Positions 1 through 13,304 of a stretch of DNA of 64,000 nt are shown in pieces. The stretch's first letter is position 1. The number at the start of each line of letters is the position of its first letter. The stretch comes from Paramecium tetraurelia. Its lineage: Eukaryota. Location: the NCBI GenBank assembly GCA_000165425.1, contig CT868676.1, positions 4,981 through 68,980 on the forward strand, written 5' to 3'. The notes under the pieces are model-generated. The model worked only from the letters and a program-made list of their open reading frames with translations, made no database searches and had not been told where the DNA came from. Made by a program: the position numbers and the translations under genes.

Positions 1-791
1 CGATTAGTATAATATGTAAGAAGTTTTGAAAAGATTTATCTTATTTTTAGTTAATGTTTAGTCACTCACAATGGAGTAATATAAAAATGGTTCAAAAGTT
101 GGAATATGGAATGATTGTTATGAGAATTAATACTTGTATTTAGACATAGATATTATAGTGGTGGAGGTTTATATGACGAATAAGGGATTAAAACTGGTAG
201 ATGGGTTGATTTAAATGTTCAATTTAATTGGTAATTTATTTTTTAATTTTAATCATTATTCTTTTAGTAATTATGAAGTCACTTATAATGGTGTTTATAA
301 AAATGGTTTAAAAGTTGGTTAATGGAATGTTTTTTTTAACAAAGAATAGATGTATAACACTCTTCTTCTTAAATTCTTAGTTGTTAAGGATCATATGATT
401 AATATGGTTTGAAGACAGGCAAGTGGATCGATATTTTTGATGCCTTTAATGAGTATAATGGTAATTAATTTTCTAGAGAGTATCTGGTTACATATAATGG
501 AGAATACAAAAATGGATAAAAATTTGGAAAGTGGGGAATAAATTATCGGTAGTAGAATAAAACTTGGGAATAAATGTAATAAATCTTTAACTTATAATAT
601 TTAATAGCGGAGGAGGATTTTATGATGATGATGGATTAAAGAATTGTAAATGGATGGATTTGGAAAATAGTTTTTAATATGTAAATATAGTCACATACTC
701 AGGTGAATACAAAAATGGGAATAAAATAGGTAGATGGAATGTGTATCAGAATGGAGAACCCAAAAATGAAGTCATTTAATATGAATAGTGA
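1..791 (+). CDS. 5'-truncated protein of tandem MORN-variant repeats (GGGxYDxxGxKxGxW / YxGEYKNGxKxGxW)
   Basis: Code-6 translation gives VTHNGVYKNGSKVGIW-type, GGGLYDEQGIKTGRWVDL and YSGEYKNGNKIGRW repeats. GT-AG introns at 136-158, 231-267, 352-380, 453-476, 576-607. TGA 789-791. Confidence 0.8.
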
Positions 792-1036
792 AATTATAAT
801 TTGAAAAAGTTAGAGATAATATTTACTATATTTTTTAAATATATTTTTAAATTAATGATAGTTATTTTTAATTATAAAATCATTTGCAAAAGGTTTAAAT
901 ATTTTGAGAACTAACTATTGATATGTAAAGTAAGTAAGTGAGGTTTATATTGGTCCAAACTTTTTGTTAAGGAAAACAGGTTATAAATAGAAAGATTATT
1001 GTGATGTAAATTGCTTCAATATTGATAATTATTAAA

Positions 1037-1900
1037 TGGATGAAAATGTAACATCTTATTGTTAGACCTAAAACACAGATTGAATCGAGTGCTAGTCTAT
1101 TTACTGAGGGGTTAATCCATGAAGATAGCACACAAAATTTTCAATTTGTTAACCCAACCAAAGCACTCTAAAGCAAAATTTCTAGATTCAGATATGTAGC
1201 CATCAACTCCTCAGATTTAGCTATGATAATTAATCACAAGGTCAATATCTGAGTAATTAAGAGATTTCATTGTTTATAAAAGAACATCAGACCTCCATAC
1301 TTAACAGGTGCATTAACTATTATCATCCTAATAAAAAACAACTTGGAAGTTCAATTTCAACATTTCATCAAGAATACTAAAGGTCAAGCCACAAAATAAA
1401 TGATCCACTAATATAAAATAATAATATAAATTTGGAGAAAAATAACAGAATTTGAATTTAATAAAACAATCTCACTTATGCCTATAAATCTAATTCTTAT
1501 ATCATTATGTTTTGTTAATTCAAATTACAACTGCAAATAAAATGAGTACAAGATATCATATAAAGTAAATTTTAGACGCTGTTATAAAGATGTAAGATTA
1601 ATAAATAATGATGAACAATAACTTCTTACTTTGATGGAGCAATTTTTTTCAAATATAAGGAAGAATTTAATCTCTGAAAGCCCTGAATATGTTAGTCTTT
1701 TATTAAAGCTCATATGAAGTGTAAACGGAATGATTGAGAACATATAAATTCACAACATTAGAAAAATAAAAGAATTGAAACATATTGATAGAAAAGCGTA
1801 ATACTTTCATTTGAGAATAAATAAAGAGAGATAATCAATTTATAAATAATAAAATTAAAATAAAAGAAAAAGGATGTTCATAATCTACGTTTCGCAATTA
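1037..1900 (+). pseudogene. Probable decayed coiled-coil gene
   Basis: Protein-like segments (e.g. LLTLMEQFFSNIRKNLISESPEYVSLLLKLI*SVNGMIENIQ) are broken by in-frame TGA (1715-1717) and frame changes that I could not resolve with normal introns. Boundaries approximate. Confidence 0.35.
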
Positions 1901-1980
1901 TTGTATTTGAATTTAAATAATTAATAGATAAATAACATTAATAGAACAATCATAGCAATATATACTATAAAATTTCTTCT

Positions 1981-3447
1981 TCATTCTTCAATAATGTTGG
2001 ATTTGTTAATTTGGAAACTTTTCAAACTGAAATTTATTCTTGAAAGACATCTTTTTTCAAAAGAAATAGACAAAACTATGTCATTTAAAAACAATAAATC
2101 ATTTGAGTTTTAAGAGAAGGATTCTCTGCACTTTTATTTACAATGTAGAAAATAATATGAAAATATTAATGGTTTAAAAGATTTAATTTTTCAATAATAT
2201 AATGTCTTGCTTTTGCATTATTTAATTTTGAGTTGATCCTTCTATTTCTTAGTATTTTCGATTCTAGCCTGCTGTTAATGATTTTCAACTATTTAATAAA
2301 CACATTCATCCTCTTCATTTTCGTTTTCTTAGATAGTGGACATTCTTGCTTATGATAAATCCATGGAGTTATAATTGTTAGTAGAATCTGATGGATGATC
2401 AGGATGTTGTTAAGGATCAAATACCTTAATATTATCTAGACTGTCTAGAATGTTCTGGTCGTTAAAGAGTTCAATAGGAGAACCTTCTTGTTATTTGTTA
2501 TTATTATTTGAAGAACATTTAGAGAGTTTTGAGTTTTGCAAACTTTATTGCAAACTTTTGATATATTTAATTTAAATATTAGTAATATCGTTTAAAGGAT
2601 TGTGTTGTTGAGTTGAATAATCTCTATCAATTAGATAGTTATTTTTCATAATTTTGATATTTTAATCCATATTATGAGATTGATTATCGGTTAGAAAGGG
2701 TTTATGACTTTATGAGTGATGAATCATTTAATTTTCAGTATCATTGGCGTAAGAAGATTATAGTTTATCAGTTATAAGTTTGCTGTTGGTTATATTAATT
2801 TAAAATATTTATGCTCTAAGCTTTTCTAATTAATTATTGATTGTTTCAAGTTCGTTTTTATTATTATTTTATAATCGAGTTGAAAGGTCTTTAATTTATT
2901 TATTAATAAAGTTTGAAAGTTTTTCTTCTAACTAAGTTTGTAACTATAGAAATTATGATGAGGCATTTTGCTGATATTGGGTTTAATTTAAAATAATTTA
3001 TTACAAAAATTCTATTTGTTTATTTTGATGATCTAATACTTTGAATATTTCTGATTTTTAGGTCTTAATTACGGTATCAATATATGAGTAGACCTAATTG
3101 ATATCATTTTTTTATATCAAGGATTAGGTTTAATGTTAAAACAATGATTCAAGTTAGTATTGATTGAGTATTTAATCTTTGGATTGATTGGATTATGTAC
3201 TTTCTCTTTCTTTGGACACTTGTCTAGAATTGTTTTCGTAGGAGTTGTAAGTATTTTGTTTATGATGGTTTTATGATATGATCTAAACATAAGGAGTAAT
3301 ATTATTAGTGGGAGTGATTTATTTTAGTTATAATTTAATTTAATTTTATTCTAAACTGATTAATGAATTAATACATTAGAGATTAACATTAACATTTCTA
3401 TAAAGTGGACTGGAGGATGCAGGAGATAACCTTCTTGGTTAATACAT
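1981..3447 (-). CDS. Hypothetical Q/N-rich coiled-coil protein
   Basis: ATG at 3447 (MYQPRRLSPASSSPLYR...). Long code-6 frame with at least one small intron, ending KSNIIEE-TGA at 1981. Confidence 0.65.
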
Positions 3448-3885
3448 TCAGGTAAATAATTAATTTTAATTTTGAAAAATAATTGTTAAAAATTAAAATA
3501 TGAAATATTATATTAATGGAATATTAAAATAGGATGTTAACCGAAGTTTAATAAAACGTATAAGCAGAATAATTAAATTACTTAAAATAAATATTAATAA
3601 GAAAATTAAAGAATACTAATTTTGAGATTAAATTGTAGGATATTTGATTTCGTCAGTGATTGCACATTAATGGAATCGTGTCTTAATATAATTAATATTA
3701 TTGTAATATGATTGTATATATTTATTAATCTGTTTTTTGATTGGCTGTGTTTATTGTTTATTGATGCGTAATAATTATTTAAATTGATTACTTTATTTTA
3801 TGATTTTATCATTACGAACATAATTACGCAATTTTGAGATTAGTCTCAGATATTGTAAGATAATTACAATTATTTTAATTATTAA

Positions 3886-5623
3886 ATGCTTGTGCATGAA
3901 TAAAGTACATAAAATGATTCTGCTGATTTGAAATAGTTGACATATGATGAAGCGTTAACGCAAGTTGGAGGTGCTGGATTATATTAAAAAAGAGCATTTT
4001 TAATATTTGGATTGCAGTGGTTGATTACTAAGTATGTTACAGAATTCCACATTATAGTTGGATATTGTTTTCTCCTGTTTTCTTTTTTATCGAACCTACG
4101 ATTGATTGTAAGGATAATCCTGAATGTCTGAGCTAATGTACATCTGATTCCTTAGATGAAAAATGTCTTACCTATGTTTGCGTACAATATTTGATCAATT
4201 TAGGATGACTCTTAACGAAGAGACTTTGTTGTTGGTGAATCATTAAATACAGCCTTTAATGCTCTATTACCTTGTAACAAATCTTTACAATCCATAATTA
4301 AATCTATTGTTTATATTGGATCCTTGTCTGGATTTTTTGTATTCTCCTTTATAGCTGATAATTATGGCCGTAAGTTGGCATTATCTATTTCTTGGGGTAT
4401 GACTACAGTGGGATCACTGTTGCTTGCAGTATTTTATTACATTATGTTTAAGTTTGCCATGAACTATTCAATGATTGCTATAGGAATATTTTTATTAGGT
4501 TTTGGAGGTAATCCAGCAATTACAGTACATTATTCATTTATTAATGAACATTCATGTAAATACTTCAATAATTATTAATTAGAAGGACATTTTAGAGAAA
4601 TATAGAATGTTGGAGTTTAGGTGTTCTTTGCTGTTGGTGAATTCACTATAATAGCTTTGGCATATTTTGTGTCTAAGTGGAGGTGGTTGGCCATTGCAGT
4701 TGCTTTGCCTACTGTTTTATTAAACCTGTGTAACTTTTGGATTTTTGAATCTCCTCAATTTCTATACTCAAAAAATAAGAAGAAATGTGTCAAGATTCTT
4801 AATTAAATTGCAAAAATAAATGGCACCCAACCCCTAGCTATGAATGATTTGGCTACGAACCCATAAAGTAAGGAGAACAATTCCAGAGTTTATTCAATCT
4901 GGGATTTATTGAAATATAAATCTCTTAGATTTGTATTTCTAGCTGGAGTGATGATGTTCTTTGCAATCTAAGTTACATATTATGGGATTAGTTTTGTTAG
5001 TGATTAATTAGGCCTTGATTTCTTCTTAAGTAATTTCATTATTGCTTTCTTTGAACTCTTAGCTTATGCAACAACAGGTATATCATCTTCTTATTGTCAG
5101 ATTTGTTTATTACTAAATTAAAAAGAAAGAAGAACATTATAGGAGGATTCTTTATTGTAGGAATTATGAGTCTCTATTTCATCTTCAAAAGTGACCACAT
5201 TGTATTCAGAATCTTTCAAGGAGTATTGGCAGGAGTATAATTTTAATATTATTCAATTAGTTAATGAGATTTCTGATTTGTGTCGTATGGGCATTGGCAT
5301 ATGTCTATGTGTCTGAACTGTTTCCTTCAGTTGTGAGATCTTTAGCTTTGTGTTTGATATCTGCTGGGGGTTCAATTGGTAGCATAGCTCAAGCTTTTCT
5401 AATAAATATTTGTGCTACTCTCAATATTCATCCTATGGTTGCATTTGGGTTAATTGGGGTTTTGTGCTCCTTGCTTTTGTTCCCTTTAAGAGAGACTTTA
5501 CATTAACCACTATTAGAAAAAATTGAAGAGGATGATAATAGAATTAGAAAGAGTATGCTACACATCAATGAATCAGAGGAGATCACAACATCTATTCCTG
5601 TTCTTGCTAACAATGAAGAATGA
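3886..5623 (+). CDS. MFS transporter, SLC22/organic cation transporter-like
   Basis: Motif A IADNYGRK, WRWL, FESPQFLY and YVSELFPSVVRS are present, with about 12 hydrophobic segments and several tiny introns. ATG 3886, TGA 5621-5623. Confidence 0.9.
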
Positions 5624-6005
5624 TTATTTAATATTTCTATTTTTTTAATAGTAAATAATGGGTATTTTAATATTTCAATATTTTATATATTTTTCCTAGA
5701 AAATCATTGAGATCTTGACATATCTGATGAGTTTATTCAAATTTAGCATAATCTCCAAAACTAGAACTTGCCAATTATTTTAGATAAATCTAGTGTTTAA
5801 TTTTAGGTGTTATATACTAGAAGGTATAGAATTTATTTTACTTAAATTAAAAGTAGGTTGATATATTGAATATGTTAATCAAAAACCTTTAGGTAGTGCT
5901 TCTTTGAGTTAATTAAATTATTTTATATTTAATTATTCATTGAATTAAAATTTAAATTAATAAAAAATTCTGTTAAATAGTTAATAAATATTATAATTCA
6001 AAGAA

Positions 6006-6836
6006 ATGAATGACAATGTATAAACTAGAGTAACAGGGATTTTTGAGAAATTGAATAACATTTAAAATTAAGTATAGGATGAGTACTAATTAATTTTCAT
6101 TAATAAATTATAGAAAAAATAGCAGATTTTCCATTATTGCCTAGTTGATTGGCCAGTTTGAATCTAATTTAAGAAATGCATCTTAATAAAAAGAAGCAGT
6201 ATTTAGTTAATTGGCAAATAAATTTAAAGAATTACAAGTATTCTTGGAAAGTGAAAATGATAAGTATGAATAATTTGAAATTTAGTCGAGTGAGATAAGA
6301 ATAGGAAACTTAGAAAATGATTGTTGATTTAGAAAGACATGCTAAAAGGTTATTAGAAACTAGTTAAAAGGAGAGAGTAGATTAAGAAAAGAAATTGACT
6401 TATGCAATTAGTTAATAAATAGATTTCATATCCTAAGATGTTAATAGATAAGGAATTGAACTTTTAGAATCACATAAATATGTGGATATTTATTTAAATG
6501 AAGACTTACCTAAAATTGCTGATGATCTTTAGAATGAGATTGACGAAAGAAGAGAGGTTGAAGAAAGAATATATCATCAATTTATGGAGTAAATCTCAGA
6601 CCTAAGAGAATTATTTGATAGGTATTATAGAAACTAATGATCATCATAGAGAGAGAAAAGAAAGAGAAGCCAAAGAAGAAGACATAGTTGAAAGTTTAAG
6701 AGAAGTGTAGTTTAGAATTACTGAATTGTTGAAGCGAAATAGAAAAGAAAGAGAAACTACTGAATAAGAAATGGTGTCTTTAGTTGAAACTGTAATTGAA
6801 AAAATTAAGATTGAAATGCTAGAAATGAATATGTGA
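6006..6836 (+). CDS. SF-assemblin/beta-giardin family striated (kinetodesmal) fibre protein
   Basis: About 265 aa of coiled coil with ExxERxxxE periodicity (LQNEIDERREVEE, ERKEREAKEEDIV, RKERETTEQEMVSLVETVIEKI). One 28-nt intron near 6622-6649. Confidence 0.75.
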
Positions 6837-6885
6837 AATTTATTTGTTGAATAATTGATATATTCTTTAATATCTATCAATAATT

Positions 6886-8016
6886 TCATCTTCCAGACCA
6901 TGAAGCAACTTATTTCTTGAACATTATGATAACCTCATCCAAAATGGCATTCTCTTCATTTCTCTTAGCCTTAGCTTCTTCGTAATCAGCTCTCTTGGAT
7001 TCCAAATCAGATTAGGCTTAATCTAAGGCATCTTGGGATTCTTATAGAATAATCTTAGATTTAGCTTATTAGGCCAAGGCAGCTTGGATTTACTAATTTA
7101 ATGTATAATCTATACAGTAGCAGTTCTATCAGCAAATACTTATTTTCTTTCATATTCTACTTCCAAACTTGTTATTTCAGCTTCAGACAATGAAACCCAT
7201 CCAGCTAATTCCCAGGATGCGTTGATTTCATTCTATTTCAAATTCTCCAATGAAGCTTCTAATTCGCTTTCCAATCCTTCAAGGACAGCCAAGACTTTTT
7301 CAGCCAATGTACTTCCAGATTATTATTCCTTGAATAATTTAATAATTTACTTATTCTCCTGAAGCTAAAGCTAAAAATGATTTTATCTGATGTTCTTAGA
7401 ACAAATTGCTATATTACTTTAATTTCTCAGCGACTGATTAAACTTGAACTTATGCAAATTCGAATGAATCTCCATTTATAATATAACCAGCAACATCTTA
7501 TTTGAGAAGTTTGATGACTTCAAGGGCTTCTTGATTGTGTTTGATTGATTTAACAAATAATTGATTGCTAAAGCATTAATTGTCTTGTAATGTTTCAATT
7601 TTAGCTGCAATTGAATCTCTTCTTGCTTCGTTCCAAGCCAAATAATTTTTGGTTTATTGTAAGACTTATTCATATTCAGCCCTATTTTCAACTGCTTGTT
7701 AGAATAATTTTTGATTCAAGGCTTTGATTTTGGTGAATTATTCAATTGTTCTAATATTTAATTAATTATATATACTAAGCACCAATCCATTCATCTGTTT
7801 CATTCTTTTAGTCTGCAGCAAATTAAGCATCAATATTTGATTATTTCAAATCATTCAACAATCCAAACACTGTATCAATAGCATCACTTGCTTTTGTTCC
7901 AGTCTATTCGAATATTTGATTCAATTTACTTATAAAAGTGCTAAGATTTGATCTTATGTTTTTGAAGCATAGCTTGTAGCTGCTAAGGCTAACAATACCA
8001 CAATCATGTATTTCAT
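6886..8016 (-). CDS. Trichocyst matrix protein-type secretory precursor
   Basis: Signal peptide MKYMIVVLLALAATSYA, then DAIDTVFGLLNDLKQSN and two acidic heptad blocks joined by a linker. Size (about 350 aa) and layout are typical of TMP/GRL proproteins. Confidence 0.75.
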
Positions 8017-8578
8017 TTCTGATAAACTTATTATTAAAAAACGATTTATATAAAAAACGAATTAATCCTAAATTCTATAATTATTTTCTTAATTCAATAT
8101 TATGCATATTGATTTTACAGACCTTCGATTCATATTATGGTATAATGTAATTCAATCACCATATTTTTGAATATATATTTAAAGTTTATTATCAATATTT
8201 GTTAATAGGAATTGTTGTAATTATTTTCTACTTAACTCTCAATTCTAACTCTGTTAATAGGTTAATTGTATTTTTTATCAGAATTTTAAACGTTTAATTA
8301 AATGCAATGATAATAATTTAATAAGACTAGTAAAAATGATGTAAGAATTTTTTGAATTCACTTGTTTTTGGAAATATCCATAGTAAAACTAGTTGTGAAG
8401 TTGAAAATAACAGAAATTAATTATTTTTATTAATTGTGCTTTTTTATTAATAATTATTATTTATGTTATCAATATTTATAAAAAAATACATAACTCAAGT
8501 AATATAAATTTTAAATCGTTCAAAATAACAAATAATTAATTCATAATATAAAACACTAAATCTTAATTAACTATTATA

Positions 8579-9966
8579 ATGAATCAAAACGATCTATATC
8601 AAATTGAAGGATTAAACTTTACCAAAGGCAGAAAGACTGAAATTTACATTACACAAGAGCCATTAGGATTCAAGCTATTAGTATTTATTAACTTCAATGT
8701 ATAGGACCCTTTGAATCTAAGTTTCAAACTATTGGTTTATTGGAGCGATGAGACTGTATTATTGGATTGGAATGATTACATTGAAGGAATTTGCTCTAAT
8801 GGACTATACTTTAGACTCATTTATTAAGGGGAAGAATACAAAATTCATGGTTCTACGGAATAACTGGACGAGTTATATTATTTTTGTTCTGGAAAGTTCA
8901 TTTTTTAAAAAAGTAATATCTTTATAAAGAATTCGGTCATTTAGACCAATTCACAATATGAAGTATATAAATATCTTAAGCTAAGCTGAATTTAATAACG
9001 AATGTCAAAGAAAATAAACAGTACATTGAGAAAAGAATTTTTTCCAGCTTAACTTCTTAAAGGTTGGAGATGTCGAACTCATTTAACACTCAACTGGGTC
9101 AAGACAACATACCAGAGGAAGTGAGGATCATCTAATTATTGAATGCTTAGAATTGTCCTTACATAATGAAAATTTAATCGATCACATATGATGGTGATTA
9201 CTATTCTTTAATCTACACAAACAAAAACTTAATATCTTTAAAGTAGATTTTAAAAATGTAAAAAATGGGCTTGCCTCTCTCTTTCGTAATTGAGATTTTG
9301 GAACAATTGCTAATTGGTATACAATAATCTAAATGTTAGTGTTAAATATTTTTCAAGAGCTTCAAATTATTCATAATGGAATTAATTTGGATATGATTAA
9401 TTACTCTCTGGAATCCAACTCTATTGTAGTTTGTAATTTCTCATCCTCCACTTTTGAATGCAATAAAGGAACACCTATGTAAATATTTCTCATTAGTTTA
9501 GAAAGGGAAATACTATAGGATTTATTCCTCCCGAGTATTTAAATAAATACCTGATCTCGCCATAAGCCAATATTTTCCAGCTTGGCACTCTTTTATACCA
9601 TCTGTAATTGTATTTGTTCATATCCTAAGGTTATTCAATCAAAATCCTTTTGGAAATGACCCATAAACATAACTTCAAAACAACATTTCAGGAAAATATA
9701 ATATCCTAAATACAAATGTTGATAAGGATATCATCGATTTACTCAAATCTATGATGCAAATAAATCCTTAAAAGAGAAAAACCCCTAAGGAATATTTGTG
9801 CTCAAAGATTTTTAAACCTTAATATCGATCGAAGATTTCTAAAAACTCATTCTTATCATTTCTTCAAGAGAATCGTCTTTCGAAAAACTTTGAATTTGAA
9901 GTTGAGAATGAAAATCCCACCATACAAAACATTAAATCTCTTTCTATAAATAAAAAAAAGAATTGA
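8579..9966 (+). CDS. Protein kinase-fold protein, predicted pseudokinase, with an N-terminal extension
   Basis: Subdomain equivalents QYIEK, IIHNGINLDMI, VVCNFSS, GNTIGFIPPE, QANIFQLGTLLY and DLLKSMMQINPQKR. Five small introns. TGA 9964-9966. Confidence 0.8.
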
Positions 9967-10364
9967 TATTTGATTTATAATTTGTGTTAGAAAGTAGTAA
10001 TATACCAAACTTAAATATCCATTAAACTAGCTTTATAAAAACAGGTATGATTTCAATATCCTTTCTTTCAAGAAATGGCTACATTTATTATTGCTTAGAT
10101 TATAAATTTCGGATAACTACAGATATATTTTGTTATTTTATTAAGTTAAAAGATAATTATGGATATAGGCTTAAAATACATTAGAAATTAAGTTGAATTC
10201 ACCAAAGTTAAATTGATAGAGCTAATCAACAATTATAAATGATGAGACATTATTATTTGAAATTGCAATAAGTATAATTAGGTAATTTATTATTTAAATT
10301 TAATATAAATGATATATTCAAGAAAAAAAACTTTTCTTTTTTAATATGGGTATTGATAATTCAA

Positions 10365-11322
10365 ATCAAATATCTTTTATTAATATCTCTTCTTAATAGT
10401 GAATCCATCCATCATCCATTGTTGAATATATTCTTTCTCCAAAAATCATATCATCATTAAAATAACCTCCATATCTTTCTCATTTTAAACTTTTATTACT
10501 CCATATCCTTCTCTTGAAGCTAGTTCTTATCCTTAGCCTATATAATCATTGGAATATTGAAGTGTAAAATCCTACAATTATTGTTATTATTCAATTAATA
10601 TTAGGGTATTATCATAACTATTGATATTTAGTATACCTATTCTATCTACTATTTTGGTACTTCTGGATTTCAGTTTCTTTACTTTAAATGTCTTGTTCTA
10701 TCAAGAGTATTTCAAACTTCTCTTCTAATCATCATCTTTGTAACAATTCTATTAAGGTCTAAATTATGATTGGGATTATGAGTATTCAAATGGTCTTTAG
10801 AATATGGAACTTGTTGAGGTTCTGGCTAATCTAATTATTTTTAATATTATGGTTGAGATTAATTAAGGTTGTGATTAATATAAAGTAGGGTAAGGTTATT
10901 AAACATCTCTTGGATGTACTTATTATTAAATAGATGTTCAATATTACTTAGAGATACTTGAAAAATATTACAAATTATTATGGGGTACTTTACAACTAAG
11001 CAGGGCAAGCCAGACTTGATTTATAATTTAGGATAAATTATAGAGTGATGATCATGAATTTTATTAACATTAAGATCTTTGCGGTTGAGGTGACAATGTT
11101 ACGGATTATTATTTGTCACCGAGTAGTTTATTAATAATATTATGATTAATGATAACCCTAAGGAATAAATAAACTCAGAATTAACCTAAGGAATTTAGGA
11201 AGGAGATAATATGGCAGTCCGGATTTAACAGTTGGAGGAGGACTTTTCCTTGAATAAATGATTATATTCTTAATGATGATGCCATTTTAATGTGAATTTA
11301 TTTTAATTATTCTTATTGCCAT
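10365..11322 (-). pseudogene. Decayed gene with C-terminal MORN-like repeats
   Basis: YIGQGQELASREGYGVIKVQN is followed after a 1-nt frameshift (about 10482) by ERYGGYFNDDMIFGERIY. Several in-frame TGAs lie upstream. Remnant intron-like segments are present. Boundaries approximate. Confidence 0.55.
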
Positions 11323-11387
11323 TTAATGAATTATAATTTGATTCCAAAATTATATACCAAATTTATTGTAAAGATATAATGATATAA

Positions 11388-13226
11388 TCAAAACCCATAA
11401 TCAAAGCATTCTTTTGTTTATTATCCATTCTTAATGATCTCTTATTTCTTTCCTGCAAATGGGATTCTGTGCAACCAATCAGATGGAACTCCCTTATAAT
11501 TTTTAGGATTCAATTCTATTGGGTCCAATGATTACAAATAATTTGGGGGTGGATTTCTATTAATTAATATCTATTGTACTTGTCATCAAACGATTTCACT
11601 TCCTACAGATCAGCTGTTATCTAATTCTTCTACTCCTATCTAGGTGATTTTTTCAATAATGAAGGATTTATCTCATTCACTTTGCAAGTCAATCGATTAG
11701 CCTTTTCCTTCTTCTATTTTAATTCTTCTATAAACTTGTTGCTTGCCTTATCAGGAATAGCTAATTAATCATCAACTTTTAAATTTGATTCTGATTGCAT
11801 TTAAACTTTCTTGTCTAGTTTCTTTTTAGAATCCTTTGTTTTCTAATCATTGCTTATTTTTGACTTATTCTCATTTTATGATTTCTATGTTCTATTATCC
11901 AAAGCTGATTATGGCCTCTTAATCTTTTGTTGACTCTTCTTATTCTCCTATTGAAGTTATTCACCTTAAACACTCCCTGCTTCAGAAGCAAACCTTAGAG
12001 TGTTACTCAAATCTGGTTTTTTAATGCTGAACTCAGGTATAACTTATTTGCCTTTTGAATCCAATTACTTCTTTAAGTCTTAGTATGGTTACGGAGTCAA
12101 AGGGTTCCTTGATTTTAATGCTTCCACCTATTCTGGATTTAATCTATCCTCTTCTCTGCAATTCCGAGGGGGTTCTGGTTCTACATTAGCAACTGCAGCT
12201 CCTTTTCTTAATGCGTTCTAATATGTCTATATGTAATATGGATCGTTCCTATTTCTATGAGGTTACACATTGTGCGATAGTAGATGTTGCCCATATATTA
12301 CTCCTCCAACTGTCGGATTGACATTATTATACCCATATGGACCCCAAGCAGGTTTACCAAAGTATGTTGTAAATGCTGAATCTGCTATCCATCTTGTCTC
12401 ACCATTAAACTTCTTAATCCTTTCCTATCTTCTTTTCAATTTTTCAGCATCTTCAGGGTTATTTGGATCTAAAGTCTTCGCTTTCTTGATGAATTTGGTT
12501 GTCATCTTCTTCACCTAATCATCGTTCTATTAATCATTAACTTCTTCATCTTCTTCTTCAGAACTTACTACATCTTCCTCTTCCTTTTTAGATTCTTCAT
12601 AATAAAATCCACCTTATGGATGTACCACTTTATATTATCCTTTAAAATTTTGATTATTTTGTTCTAATTAATAGATAAGTTCATTTTAATCCTTTATATC
12701 TTTCACTTAATAGTTATCTCTATATGCAGATTATTGCTTTGGATTCCATTTTAAAGGCAATTTATATTGATTATCTAAATCCTCTTATTATTAATATTAT
12801 TAGGGTTAATTTGCTTATTATGCCTTACTATTTTAACATTCACAAGATTTAGCAATGTTTTTGATGGTTTTTTCATCTAATTCTATAAATGATGTTAATT
12901 TTTAATTTACTTTACACATAAATTTAGGAATCATCAACCTTTAATTTTTCAATTTTTCTAAAATTATCTTTATTTTCGGTTTGCCAATGTTAATTTTCAT
13001 GATTGATTCTTGCAGTAACCTTTTTGGTTTCTGGTTCTTTTTCTACTTAGATTTTCTTTTTAAAATCCCACGGTTCATCCTACTGTCGAGGCCATTTCAT
13101 AATGTCAAACATAGTTGGTTCTTCATTTCTTGGCTTATTCTTTTTACCAAATGTTTTATTATCGTCTTAATAAAATAATTCAATACTTTCATATACTTAT
13201 TTGAGCACTTAATCTTTAGTTTTCAT
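11388..13226 (-). CDS. Hypothetical protein (about 600 aa)
   Basis: ATG 13226 (MKTKDQVLKQVYES). Conserved-looking core RWIADSAFTTYFGKPAWGPYGYNNVNPTVGGVIYGQH. Ends ECFDYGF-TGA. Confidence 0.75.
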
Positions 13227-13304
13227 ATGACTGTTAAATAGATATTTAATAAATAAATAAATTTTGATATTATTATATGTAAAATGTTAAGAAAACAAAA
13301 TAGT

